Shown piece by piece: positions 9,773 to 20,900 of a stretch of DNA of 64,000 bases; position 1 is the first letter of the stretch; each line of letters starts with the position of its first letter. Below the pieces are notes generated by a model, which saw nothing but the letters and a program-made list of their open reading frames with translations, searched no databases and was not told the DNA's origin. This DNA comes from a virus: IMG/VR virus record IMGVR_UViG_3300031715_000002, positions 1 to 64,000 of that record; one strand, 5' to 3'. Made by a program: the position numbers and the translations under genes.

Positions 9773-10351
9773 TTAGGCGGCTGGCGTGCCCGTCGAAGAG
9801 GCAGGCGGTTTCAGCGCGCTAAGAGCAGCAGCCATGACGGCGAAAGAGGCAGCGATGGACGCCTGGGAATCGGCCAGCGATTGGACTGTCGTGGTGATAG
9901 TCGCACCCAAGGCCGCTACCTGTTCGGTCAAGGCCGAAACCTGAGTGGTGACGTTGGTCTGGACGGATTCGGCAATGCCTGCAGCGATTGCAGCGGAGGA
10001 TTGGTCGGTCGAGCGATTCGCCGGATAGGCAGCAGCAGCCATTGTGTCGCCGATGCCAGTACGGATCGGGCTGACAGTCTGCTGACCGCTGGTATCGCCG
10101 GTCTGCGCAGAGATAACGGCGTTCAGGCTACCAAGGTGATCGATTGTGGCCGCGTTCTCAGCGCGGCGCAGATTCAGGGCGGCGTAGGCGCGAGAGTTGG
10201 CTTGGTTGTCGGCAACGGACTGTTGCATCAACTGCATCACGCTGTCGAACAGCAGTTTGATGTTTTCCGGGCCACCCAAAAGGGTGTACGGCGGCACCAG
10301 ATGAGGAGACGAAGTGGAAGGGTAACTGCAAACCGATGCTGGGTCAGACAT
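9773..10351 (-). CDS. Ala/Gln/Thr-rich helical protein
   Basis: Strong RBS AAGGAG; co-oriented. Confidence 0.7.
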   Translation of the reverse strand: MSDPASVCSYPSTSSPHLVPPYTLLGGPENIKLLFDSVMQLMQQSVADNQANSRAYAALNLRRAENAATIDHLGSLNAVISAQTGDTSGQQTVSPIRTGIGDTMAAAAYPANRSTDQSSAAIAAGIAESVQTNVTTQVSALTEQVAALGATITTTVQSLADSQASIAASFAVMAAALSALKPPASSTGTPAA

Positions 10352-10453
10352 TTGGTTCTTTCTCCTTTTACGGGGTTGTTGGTGTCTCGGCTACTGCATT
10401 TTGTGTCTCGCACCGCCGCCAAGACGTGTAGGCTGCGCTGAGAAGATTCTGGA

Positions 10454-10840
10454 TTAGGAAGCCAGAATCGAAGGAAAGTTTGCCTTGAGCAAAGCCGCGT
10501 TGTTCGGGAACAAATTGGCAATCACGGCCGGATCGGTGGTCGTGCCATTCGGCAAATTGACGTACCACTTGGGTTGGGCGTAAAACCAACCGCCCACCAA
10601 TTGTCCAGGTGCCCAAGAGGGCGGCGTCAAAGTGACTTCACCGCCGAGCGTATCGGCAACTTGCTGAGCACACGAAAGCGTTGCCCAGTTCTGCGGGTTC
10701 AATCCTGTAGACTGCCCATTGGGAGCAAAGACTACAGTCGGATTGGTCATGTAAGGGTCGATGAACGGAGATGGCACTTGCCCGGCATTATCCGGGTTTG
10801 CGAGCCACTGCGCCCAGTTTCCGATTTTGGTAATGTCCAT
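10454..10840 (-). CDS. Hypothetical protein
   Basis: Strong RBS AAGGAG; co-oriented. Confidence 0.7.
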   Translation of the reverse strand: MDITKIGNWAQWLANPDNAGQVPSPFIDPYMTNPTVVFAPNGQSTGLNPQNWATLSCAQQVADTLGGEVTLTPPSWAPGQLVGGWFYAQPKWYVNLPNGTTTDPAVIANLFPNNAALLKANFPSILAS

Positions 10841-10884
10841 TTGGTTTCTCCTTTTGTTACGGGGGCTGGTAAATCTGATGACTT

Positions 10885-12681
10885 TTAGTGCTTAACTGAT
10901 GGTCCACTAGAAGATCGGGGGCCGTTGGAGGTGTTGCCTGAAATCGTCGCGCCTTGGAACTGATAGGATCCGCTGTCCCATGCCGTGCTGAGTGGCCGTG
11001 CTATCGCTGTCTGCGCGGGACACACCATAGCGTGCGTGCCAATGTCATAAGAACAGCCATCCGTGGTCTCGTACTTGCAAGCGTTGGCGGCATCGGTACC
11101 GATAGCAGGCTCGGAAGAGAATGCAGCCAAGGCCGTGCAGTAAGATTGATGGTTTGCTCCGGCCAACACGGTTGAATTGCTACTGACAGTCGGCGTGCAT
11201 GGTGTAGTAGAATCGTTGGCGCAATTATTACCGTTGCCGACAGTCCCAGATGAACCGGTGGTGTAGCCTTGCGTGGTTGCCTGCGCGTTCGTTTGGACGA
11301 TGTTGGTTGCGCTGTTGTAGCCTGTGCAACTGTTCGCGCCGCCCGTCGAGTCGTAGAACGGTGTGTTGATGAGCTGGTTGTTGAGGACCGTGAGATATTT
11401 CCCTCCGTTGCTGTTCGTGCTCGGTACGCAGGGGATCTCGAAGTCCACGAATGTGTTGTTGAACATGAACTGCCCGCCGGTGTTCGTGCAACCGTAAGTC
11501 GGCGGTCCGGCATAGGCCCAGCCGTTGCCGCCTTCAGGGGTAACGTCGTAGACGAGGTTGTTAAACCAGTACTCCGGGGCGCTCTCCGGGCAGAACCAGA
11601 AATGAACCTGGCCACTGCCAACTAATCCTGGGTCATCATGCCGCAGGACATTGTTGTAAAACACATTTGCGGTTGAAGGGTTCGCATCATCATTGCATTC
11701 GAGTACGTTGGTGTGCGAACCTGCCCCGGCGTTGTGATTGTACATGTGCTCGAAAATATTGTCGTGGATATCGTGGCAGGCTTGGCCAACTCCTTGGTTG
11801 GTGTAGCGGACGATGCTGTCACGGAAGTGGTTGAACCCAGGAAAAGTCCCCCACGCGCACGACCCTGGGCTGCTGTCCTGTCCATCCACCACAATGTGAT
11901 CGAAGGTCTGGGTGCCGTTGCTTCCGCCGCCGATGAGCGTGCAGGGCTGGTTATTGCCGCCTGTGCCCGCTGTTGTGGTGGCTGTCCAGCCATGGATATA
12001 GGCGTTCGTCAGGAAGGCATCCGCGCCGTTACCTGTGGAGGTCCCGACATAGGCAATGATGGTGTCCTGGGTACCCGAAGTCACGGTACTGTCGGAAGAG
12101 CAGAGGCCAGTAAACTCGAAGTTATCGAGGATTGAGCCACTGGCCATTGACACCATGTTGTTGTTGTCGAGTGGAGAGGGCGTGCCCGCGATCTGATGAG
12201 CACAACTCGCCACCAATGTGGTCGAGGTCGAGTTGTCTCCGGTCATGATAGGACGCGTCCATGAACCGCCCGTGAACCACGTTAGGTCCACGCCGAAATA
12301 CAGGCATCCAGTCTGCGTACCCTCGAATGTGCAGGTGGAGGAAATGTCATGTGTGTAGGTGTAGATGAAAAGATTAAATATGTCCCAAGTTCCCCCCGTG
12401 GCTGGAGCCGTTGAGGTTCCGAAGTGCCAGGTGTCACCGCCGCGAAAGATTATTCCGACTCCTCCGCTTCCAGGGGAGAACGAATTGCAGTTGCTGGAGC
12501 AGTTCGGCATTCCCGGAGCATGGAGCCACGAATGGGTCTCATCGTTTCCGGTGTTGGTGTCCAGACCAGACGCCGAGACGAACACGCAATGCGTGCCGGT
12601 GATCGGGATGCCGAATGGGCAAGCACCCACGGCCCACGCCAATCCGCTCGCCACCAGCAATAGGGCGATAGCCCTTAGCAA
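10885..12681 (-). CDS. Exported parallel beta-helix (pectin-lyase-fold) protein
   Basis: Signal peptide MLRAIALLLVASGLAWA; FVSASGLDTNTG; FYNNV/FNNLV/FNNTF repeats; C-terminal WDSGSYQF. Confidence 0.75.
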   Translation of the reverse strand: MLRAIALLLVASGLAWAVGACPFGIPITGTHCVFVSASGLDTNTGNDETHSWLHAPGMPNCSSNCNSFSPGSGGVGIIFRGGDTWHFGTSTAPATGGTWDIFNLFIYTYTHDISSTCTFEGTQTGCLYFGVDLTWFTGGSWTRPIMTGDNSTSTTLVASCAHQIAGTPSPLDNNNMVSMASGSILDNFEFTGLCSSDSTVTSGTQDTIIAYVGTSTGNGADAFLTNAYIHGWTATTTAGTGGNNQPCTLIGGGSNGTQTFDHIVVDGQDSSPGSCAWGTFPGFNHFRDSIVRYTNQGVGQACHDIHDNIFEHMYNHNAGAGSHTNVLECNDDANPSTANVFYNNVLRHDDPGLVGSGQVHFWFCPESAPEYWFNNLVYDVTPEGGNGWAYAGPPTYGCTNTGGQFMFNNTFVDFEIPCVPSTNSNGGKYLTVLNNQLINTPFYDSTGGANSCTGYNSATNIVQTNAQATTQGYTTGSSGTVGNGNNCANDSTTPCTPTVSSNSTVLAGANHQSYCTALAAFSSEPAIGTDAANACKYETTDGCSYDIGTHAMVCPAQTAIARPLSTAWDSGSYQFQGATISGNTSNGPRSSSGPSVKH

Positions 12682-14093
12682 GGCCCCGCTCCAAGGAGGG
12701 ACATCGTGCAGTTGGTGACTGCTCCGCTAGAGGTCCTGAATGAGGTCAGCAGAGCTTGCCATGGATTGCTCGATAGCTGGGTAACATTGTTAGCCGTGGC
12801 TCCGGATGAGGAATTTAGAACAAAGGCCCAGGCGTTAACCGTGTTGTTAGTGAAGCAGGAGACATTTTCGCCCGCTCCGTCAAATTGGTAGCAGGTCCAC
12901 GGGCTGCCTACCGAGGTAGCATGAGAAAATACGGTCGTGAAGCCAAACAGAATCTCCCCGGCAGCGGAAGGGGTGATGGATGGTGTTGTAATAGTTGCGC
13001 CGGTAGCACCGGAGGCTAAGGCGGAATCCACGTCATGCGTTACTGGGCAACCAGCAGAAGGAATGAACTCGGCGTACGCGACTTGCGCCTCGGTGAAGCC
13101 TCCTCCGGAAGTTGTCATAGTGACGGTTTGTGCACCGACAGCAGTCGTTGAGAGCACGTAGTATAAGCGCGGTTGTCCTGCGGTGCTCCCGGTATTTCCG
13201 ATAACCGACGTTGCAGTAGCCGTTTGACTGCCTACCGTCACGGAGGTAACCGTGCAATCAGTCAGACACCACGTATAGACCACTACTAGATCGCCTAGCT
13301 GCGTAATGTTCGCCGTCGCGGTGGGATTCCCAGAAGCTACTTCCGTTCCGTAGTCGAAGAACCCAATATCCGCAGTCCCAGAGCACGTCTGGTTAGCGCC
13401 TGAACCCTTGATCCCTAATATCATAGAGGCTGTTGTCTGGGAGCACCCCGCGTCGGGGGTAGCGGTCACCGTCGTGATCGATGATAAGATCCCATCCGCC
13501 GCCCAGTTGCCGTTTGGAAATCCGTTGTTGGTTTTGGTAATTCCAGTAGCCGTGATACTGGAGGCATTGGAGCTGCATTCGCCTACCATAATGATTGCTT
13601 CTGCATCAAACCCGTTGTGGAAAGAAATCACTCCAGACCCACCTGCCAAAGGGACAAGGCATAATGCGCCGCCCGCCGACCCGTACTGGCACATCACCAT
13701 CTTGTCGATGGTATTAGTGGTGTCGGTCCCAGAGATTTCCCATACCCAAAAGGCATTCATGGTTCCGCAGGTCGTGCAGGTGATTGCAGTGTTCGAGGCG
13801 TTGGAGCTCTTGACTACCCAGGCGCAGAAGAACTCCGGGGTTACTGTGTGGTAGCAAGAGCCTATCTTGGTGAATGTTGTGCCGCTCCCGCCCGTGGTCT
13901 GCACGCTGGCTGGACTGCTAGTAGAGTCAGTGACCGCGATGAGAGTATGCCCGGCGCTGGTGCTAGTGATCGTTAACGATGAAGACCCGAAGCCGTTTTT
14001 ACGCTGTACGATAGCGGGAGCCGCCGCAACGTTGGGTGCAATAAATACAGCCCCGATCAATATGCCCGAGAGTATTCCAAGGATGGTCTTCAT
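12675..14093 (-). CDS. Exported Thr/Ser/Cys-rich beta-sandwich repeat protein
   Basis: Signal peptide ending VAAA; two similar beta-rich halves. Confidence 0.7.
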   Translation of the reverse strand: MKTILGILSGILIGAVFIAPNVAAAPAIVQRKNGFGSSSLTITSTSAGHTLIAVTDSTSSPASVQTTGGSGTTFTKIGSCYHTVTPEFFCAWVVKSSNASNTAITCTTCGTMNAFWVWEISGTDTTNTIDKMVMCQYGSAGGALCLVPLAGGSGVISFHNGFDAEAIIMVGECSSNASSITATGITKTNNGFPNGNWAADGILSSITTVTATPDAGCSQTTASMILGIKGSGANQTCSGTADIGFFDYGTEVASGNPTATANITQLGDLVVVYTWCLTDCTVTSVTVGSQTATATSVIGNTGSTAGQPRLYYVLSTTAVGAQTVTMTTSGGGFTEAQVAYAEFIPSAGCPVTHDVDSALASGATGATITTPSITPSAAGEILFGFTTVFSHATSVGSPWTCYQFDGAGENVSCFTNNTVNAWAFVLNSSSGATANNVTQLSSNPWQALLTSFRTSSGAVTNCTMSLLGAGPC

Positions 14094-14108
14094 GCGTGCC
14101 TTCCAGGC

Positions 14109-15281
14109 TTACTGCTGTACGTATAGAACGGTCCCAGAGGTCTGTCCCGACCCGGAAAGAAGGAGACAGACATCATCCCCAAGAGTCGCGGTCTTGTTGA
14201 TCATTCCGGACCCCACTCCCGCAACGAATCCGCCATTGGCCGCAAAGTTCCAGCCTGTTGCGGCGGTCGCGCCCCCGGACATTCCAGCAGTGTTAGTTCC
14301 GCAAGTTGACCCCGTGCCTTCAACCAGCGCTATGTTCTGGGCGGTGGCCGTGATCAAAGGGGCTATCGCGCAAAGATATGTCTGCTTGCTGGCCACGCCG
14401 ACTATGATTCTTCCGCTTGCGGTAAGATTTACGGAAGCCACACTTGGCACTTGCTGATTGCATGGGTTGTAAGCCGTTTTCAGGTCCGAACTGGCTTGAG
14501 GTTTGATCGAGACCGTCATGGCTGAGTAGGTCTCGGAGGCAGAGATGGGGATGCTTTGGGTAAAGTTCGGGGCGTTATTGATGACCGCATGGGAGGAGTA
14601 GAAAACTGATAATGCCGCTCCACCAGACGGGGCTGTATTCTGCTGATCCGTTCCGATCAGTCCATTTGGAACAGTAGCGATTGAAACCGATCCAGAAGTC
14701 ACCGTGCCCGCACCCATTCCGACCCACACAGCGGCAAATTCATTCGGCAGAACTGATCCGAATTGGCCGATGCTAAGGGTAGTTGAAGTAGCCTGTACAG
14801 CGCCACTATAATCCCACGACTGCCCCACAGTAACGGCTCCCTTTAATTCGTAGCATGTAAATGCTGCGGCCCCTGAGACTGTAGTGAGCGTAATTGTATC
14901 CGTGGTGCCACCAACAATATTATTGGCTACGGACAAAGCATACCCTGGGGCGGCAGACGCACCGGAAACCACGCTGATATAGGTGTTGCTCTGCGAGTCG
15001 GTAAAGACCGGTACGGCGGAACCGGTGACTGCCGACTCAAACCCGCCGCATACAATCGTATTTCCGGCAGTCGTATTACCAGGAAAGGCATTTGTAAGGG
15101 TGGTTCCGGAGCCAGCAGAAATCTTGTTATTGATCTGGGCGGTTCCTGCCACCGTGGCCACTTGAACAGGAGGGTTTAAGACGCACGGCCCCCACGCTCC
15201 GCTGGACGATTGGCATTGAACGTTCTGCGCACTCAGGCATCCAGCATAAATAACAATTAGGAATAGTAGTCTGCGTTTCAT
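14109..15281 (-). CDS. Exported beta-rich structural/adhesin-like protein
   Basis: MKRRLLFLIVIYAGCLSA-Q; TTAGNTIV and FTDSQSNTY motifs shared with the 23651 gene. Confidence 0.7.
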   Translation of the reverse strand: MKRRLLFLIVIYAGCLSAQNVQCQSSSGAWGPCVLNPPVQVATVAGTAQINNKISAGSGTTLTNAFPGNTTAGNTIVCGGFESAVTGSAVPVFTDSQSNTYISVVSGASAAPGYALSVANNIVGGTTDTITLTTVSGAAAFTCYELKGAVTVGQSWDYSGAVQATSTTLSIGQFGSVLPNEFAAVWVGMGAGTVTSGSVSIATVPNGLIGTDQQNTAPSGGAALSVFYSSHAVINNAPNFTQSIPISASETYSAMTVSIKPQASSDLKTAYNPCNQQVPSVASVNLTASGRIIVGVASKQTYLCAIAPLITATAQNIALVEGTGSTCGTNTAGMSGGATAATGWNFAANGGFVAGVGSGMINKTATLGDDVCLLLSGSGQTSGTVLYVQQ

Positions 15282-17918
15282 TTAGTAAAGCCTCACAAAT
15301 GCGGTAACCGTCGATACGCTTGATGCCGTGGTTTTGACTACACCGACCCCCTCTCCTGTCGTACAACTCACTGATCCATTATCGTGAGCCAATCCGGCTG
15401 TTGATGACGCGCAAAGAATGTCTCCAAATGTGACATTCTGTGTTGCATCAATCACCACACTAGTTTCCCCGGTGGCTACCCACGTGGAGGAAGAGTTGAA
15501 TATCCCAAGAATGTTGTTTGATGGAGTCCCGACACAATTACCAATGGTATTCGAGGCGGTGTAACAAGCCAGATGGCCGCTGGTGATTGTACCTGCCGTG
15601 TCTGTAAATGTCGGGACCTCCGAGCATGATGCCCCAAGTGTACAAACTGTGCCATTTACCGTCACGGAAGAATTTGACAGTTTGGCATTGGCAATGCTTC
15701 CGGCCAGCATGGTGCTAGTAACCGATCCTGTATCTGTAGTGCTCACTATGTTAGCCGCAACCTTTCCAGAATCCGTTAAGGTACAGGTGGTGCTGGAAGT
15801 AGTGCATGAAAGAAGATCCCCTGTAGCAGGAACCGAGGTAGGCCCTAACATAGTGTTGCTGGTTGTGCTCGGAGATGCCCCGACAGTGAAGGTGCCTGAG
15901 CCGGTAGCGTTGCCGAATGCCCACGTGCCAGTGCTGGTACCAGGGACGCCCAATGTAGGAGTGATTGATTCTAAAGGAACACCAGATGAATTAGCTATCA
16001 CGGCCGCACCATTTACCGGCGTCACAAACGTGGTCCCCCCAGTTCCGCCTTGGATCACAATGTCATTTGCCGCGCCGCCGGCGATGTTCGTTGCTGTAGC
16101 GGCCGTTGTTGCGCTGCCAACGTTCAGTGAAGACTGAGCGGTTGATGTAGCCACGTTTGCCACGCCTACCCAGACATTTCCTGTGCTAAGAAATGTGGTC
16201 TCAACTTGCGATCCGTTAACCTGCACCGTGCCGCTTCCCTTACTTTGCAGATTAAGGCTGATGTTGCTGTCGGACCCGGTAGCTCCTAAACCGACCACCG
16301 CCGGATTGGCTGTTGCCGCATTGGTCACAGTCAGAGAATCGACAGCGCTTGCCGTTGCCGAGGACGTCATGAATGGATTTCCGTTGCCGTCGTCAATGGT
16401 CGTGACGTGTGGAGTGGTCAGTACTGGAGATGTGACTAGTGCGAAGTTACCGGACCCGCTTGTGTTGCCGGTAGCATCGGATGGAGTTACCGCGCTGCTG
16501 GTCACTGTCTGCGTAGATCCAGCGAAATGTGCCACGCCCGCGCCAGGACTGGAGGCTACTACTAAATTCGCCGCGACTACGCCGCTGTCCGTCGCCGTGT
16601 GGTTTCCATTGGCCGAAATGACATGACCCGATGTGTAGTTGCTTGAATTTGTGGTGACATTGGCAGCCACTACGCCGCTGTCCACCAGCAGGCCGCCGCC
16701 TGTCCCGCTAAAGCTTGCCAGATCACCGCTGGTATCCGATGCTGGCCCCTGCGTGAGCGGCAGATAGCTTCCGTTGTTCCAACTGCACAGCATCCCGTGC
16801 TGCGTTGAATCGGCATAACAGATATCTACGCCAGAGGCCGCGCCCACACTTGGAACCGTGCCCTCGCCATAGGCATCCACTCCGCCTGTCCCTGCTGTTA
16901 CGGATGGCGGGCTAGTCCCGGTAGATACACTGGCCGCCGTAAATGCCTCAGTTGTGCTAACGGTTGTCCCATTATCCACCACGCTGGAGTCAATGATTGA
17001 GTTAGCGCCGTTTGCCTTTGAGAGATGATTTGTGGTGAGACTCGTGCTGGTCGTGTTACCCGTCCCGCTCGGTGCCGCACAAGCCCCATCACCTCTGAGG
17101 AAGGTGCTACTGGAGCAAGAGCCTGTCCACAGGCCGTACACATCCGAGGATGCCGCATTGCTCAATGCTCCCGTGGTAGTGGTGTTTTTGACGATTCCCG
17201 TGCCCAAGGTGGCCCAATTTTGGTTTGAGGTACCCAACGTTAGGGTAGCCGTGTTCGCCACGCCCGTGCCCCCGTGCGCCGCCGCAATCGTGGTCCCATT
17301 CCACGTACCGGTCATGGTGGAACCAAGCAAAGCCAGCGACCCTCCGCCGCTTGGGAAGGTCCAAGTAGAGGTTGACGGGATGGCAAACGTGGGATTAAAC
17401 GCGCCGGTAAAGAGCAGATTTCCTGCAAGAGTTATGGTATTCGATCCGTTGTTGACGCCGGTACCACCGTAAGTTGCGCCCACCAAGCCGGAATTGATCT
17501 CAGTACCAGAGATGCTTTTGTTTGTCAAAGTCTGAACATCTGTGGTTCCTACCACAGCACCAGCAGGAGCCGCTACGGTAGCAACCGTGCATACGCCAGT
17601 GGTAGTAGAGCAAGTCAGCAACCCGCTGCTGAGCGCGCCAAGGTTGATGGCGTTGGCTGGTTCACTGGTCGATTGGTTGACGAGATAGAACCCGTTCGGA
17701 TTAGCGCCACCACCGCCAGTGCCACACACAGAGCCTGTCCCGCTCGGTACACCGGAATTGTTGACCTGCACGCATTGCGTCCCACCACCAGTGATCGGGA
17801 GCTTTAGCGTACCAAGTCCGCTCAGGTCAAGGCTCCCAGTGGCCGCCGCGTTATAGTTGGCGGATTGACCATAAGCAATCGTAGTTAGAAGTAAAGTAAG
17901 TAGGATTTTTCGCATCAT
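15282..17918 (-). CDS. Tail-fibre-like protein with signal peptide
   Basis: MMRKILLTLLLTTIAYG-Q; fibre-shaft motifs QTLTNKSI, GTWNGTTIAAAHGGTG, TSPVLTTP, SIANAKLSNSSVTVNG. Confidence 0.75.
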   Translation of the reverse strand: MMRKILLTLLLTTIAYGQSANYNAAATGSLDLSGLGTLKLPITGGGTQCVQVNNSGVPSGTGSVCGTGGGGANPNGFYLVNQSTSEPANAINLGALSSGLLTCSTTTGVCTVATVAAPAGAVVGTTDVQTLTNKSISGTEINSGLVGATYGGTGVNNGSNTITLAGNLLFTGAFNPTFAIPSTSTWTFPSGGGSLALLGSTMTGTWNGTTIAAAHGGTGVANTATLTLGTSNQNWATLGTGIVKNTTTTGALSNAASSDVYGLWTGSCSSSTFLRGDGACAAPSGTGNTTSTSLTTNHLSKANGANSIIDSSVVDNGTTVSTTEAFTAASVSTGTSPPSVTAGTGGVDAYGEGTVPSVGAASGVDICYADSTQHGMLCSWNNGSYLPLTQGPASDTSGDLASFSGTGGGLLVDSGVVAANVTTNSSNYTSGHVISANGNHTATDSGVVAANLVVASSPGAGVAHFAGSTQTVTSSAVTPSDATGNTSGSGNFALVTSPVLTTPHVTTIDDGNGNPFMTSSATASAVDSLTVTNAATANPAVVGLGATGSDSNISLNLQSKGSGTVQVNGSQVETTFLSTGNVWVGVANVATSTAQSSLNVGSATTAATATNIAGGAANDIVIQGGTGGTTFVTPVNGAAVIANSSGVPLESITPTLGVPGTSTGTWAFGNATGSGTFTVGASPSTTSNTMLGPTSVPATGDLLSCTTSSTTCTLTDSGKVAANIVSTTDTGSVTSTMLAGSIANAKLSNSSVTVNGTVCTLGASCSEVPTFTDTAGTITSGHLACYTASNTIGNCVGTPSNNILGIFNSSSTWVATGETSVVIDATQNVTFGDILCASSTAGLAHDNGSVSCTTGEGVGVVKTTASSVSTVTAFVRLY

Positions 17919-17947
17919 GGCACCATCGTTAACCGCGATTCCCTACG

Positions 17948-20900
17948 TCATTGGATGCGTGCTACCTGAAGGCCTTGAGGCATCCACGTGCCACCGATGA
18001 GCAATTCCACCTGATAGTACAGGAAGTGACGGGAAAGCGCTGGAACCTGGATTGTGCAGGATACCGGGCAGAAAAGCCCTGTGGCCGATTCGCTACCCCA
18101 ACTGAATATCTGGGGGCTGGCCGGAATGGTCGCTGTGACCGCTTGGCATTTGTCGAGCCTCGTCATGCAATGGTAATCGGTAGGAGCGCTTCCATTCTCG
18201 AAGTATCCGAAGTCCACGCGCGCCGCCGTGCTTCCTCCGCTGGCCGTGATGTTGATTGTATAGGGAACCGGATTCCATCGCTGTACGGCATCCGGAGTCG
18301 GAAAGGAGGGAAGCCTGGAGGCGCACACGGCGTTCCAAACTCCGTTCACAGCGATACACCACGTCAAATACCAGCTTCCGTCAGGAGTGACGCGCCCGTT
18401 GGCGTTGACGTTTAGAAAGCGCTGCCGCGTCAGGAAATGTCCCAGGCCACGGGCGTACTGCGCGTTAGGATCGGTCCCATTGGCCCAAGAGTATTGCGAA
18501 GGGGCATTGAGCCATGCGCCAGTATTGAAGAAGCCGACATCGTTTTGGGAGAACAACCCGATTCCGCCGAGTGGCAAAGGAACCAGATTGGGGCATGTAA
18601 AGACGATATCTCCCTGAGTGCGACCGCCGCCGCATTCCGTGGTAGTGCGCGCTTCACAGTATTGGTATGTTCCAGGTAGCCCGCTTGCTGGCCCTGAGAT
18701 GTCAGTCAGCGGCTGGGTTCCGCAAAAAGCCATGGTCGGTTGAACCTTTCGGTTCAGACTGTTGGCGATTCCAGATCCGCCAATGCCGTTGAAATCGTCG
18801 CCGTTGCTTGTAGTTCCAGCATAGTAGTAGGTGTTGCCGGAAATGTGAATAGCGGTGCCGGTCTTACTAGTCGGAGAGTTGACGGTGTCCATCGTTTCTC
18901 CGGTCCTAAAGTCCACCATATAATTCGCGCTGGTCTGGCTATCGCCGTATCCGCTAGTATGGTCCTGGGCGGCTTCAACGAACTGCGGAATTCCTTTGAT
19001 TCCTCCGAATAAAGGAGCTAGCGATAGGTAATAGGTCGGGGAAGAAGCCGTTAAACTCGTTAGAGCGGCATAGCCACCGGTCGGTGGTTCTCCTGGATTC
19101 GCACTCCATCCGTCCGCTCCCACGACATAGGATGGCCGTGGCGTCGGATGGTCGATATAATAGGCCGTCGCCACCTGGCCGCCTCCATTCAGGCCGTGAG
19201 GGTCTGTCGTATAATTCCAGGTCCATGACTCACTTCCATGGGGAACGGCGGCCGAGCACTGCATGTAAAGTGTGATCGTGCCAGATGGGCAAGCGCTTCC
19301 GCCGGAAGATGTGCAAAGCCCGCTATCGCTTACGCCGCGGCTGACAGAGATTGTCGGAGTGCTACCACCGCTCGTGCTCAACACCTGAACGTTCTCGCCA
19401 GAACCGCCGCCCTGGAAGCTGATCACATCGCCCACTGCGATGTTCTGAATGAAGCCATCCGAGCCGTTTGGTTGAGCCGCCAGCGTTAGAGTATTGCACC
19501 CATGGGGCACTCCGCCAGGGCAACCTCCTGTCCCTGGTGCGAACTGCGGGCTAGTGCCGATGGTTCCGCTCGAAACCGTGCTCGTCTGGAAACTCTGTCC
19601 CGCGCTTCCGCCGTTCGTCAGAGTCTTCCCGGCGATCCACATCGTACTGGTGTTGGCTTGGCCAGCAGAAAACAGGGTGTGAAGCGTACACCAACGGTTT
19701 GGCGAGGTGGAGGAACCGCCCCCCCAAGTACTCATAGCTGCCATGACGCATCCGGGACCGCCGCCGAGAGCGCTCACACACCCGGCGTTGCCTGCTTGTC
19801 CGTTAGTCGTGGCAACTGGGTCGAAGGAGTATACCCATCCGTAGGTGTCTTGCTGAGACTGGACACAATCGCCAATCAGTAGTGGATCTCCATTACTCCA
19901 CTGCTGCAAACCGCTGATGCCGCATCCCTGCGTTGAGAAGGTCGTTTTATTGAAACTCGGGGTTTGCCCAGTCGTAAAATTAACCAGCAGGCTCAATAAG
20001 TCAGCATTGATCGAACTTGGAGTAAGGTTCGTACCGCTGTTCCAATTCCAGGAGCCTGGCTGAAGAGTGGAACTTGGAGGAAAGGTGATAAGAACCTCTG
20101 TTCCGGTGTTATCTAGGCCGGTGCAGTAGATCTTGAAAGGACCGCTGCCGGTGATAGTGGTGGATGCGTTATTACATGCCTGCCCGCTTCCATTGCCCCA
20201 ACCGTCAGTTCCAGCCTTGCTCGGATAGTTTATAGTTGATAGGGCGTTTCCCTGACCAGTAACGGTATCGAAGAAATAGAAACCTGTTCCAGGCACCTGC
20301 ATGAGATATCCGGCATGCCCGGTAGTAGAGTTAGTTAGTTGCGTTAGGTCAAAGAGATCCGGAGAACCGCTGGCCGGCCACTGAACGGGCAGGCTGCTTG
20401 TTATGGAATATGTGGCGTACTGGATCTTGATCGTGTTCACCGTGTCCGTGGTCCAGATCAGCCAGCCGAAATTGGTGGCCGAGTAGGGCGCGCTGGAAAC
20501 CGGAACCGTGAGGGCAGGGCTACAGGCGCTAGGAGTGATCGTAAACGCCGTGATCGTGACAGCGCTCGTGATTATGCAAACCGAAGACCCAATAGTCACG
20601 ATACTTCCGGGGGACCAGTTTAGATTGAAATTCGTGATTGAATTCTGAGTCGGTATCACGAGTGAAACGTTTCCGCTTCCATCCACATTCACGTTGCCCG
20701 AGCGCTGCTGCATGTCGCCGTACAGAGACTGTTGTTGGCCTAGAAGAGGAGAAGAACCGGCGGGCGTCCAGGAATCTAGGATAGGAGTCGTTGTACCCAG
20801 AGTGACGGTCGAAAGAGATCCAGTGAGATTGGCGGTCTGGGTCTTCGTTGTGCCGTTAGTTGGCCAGCAGTTCGCATTATTGACGGTCGGGCACGCGATG

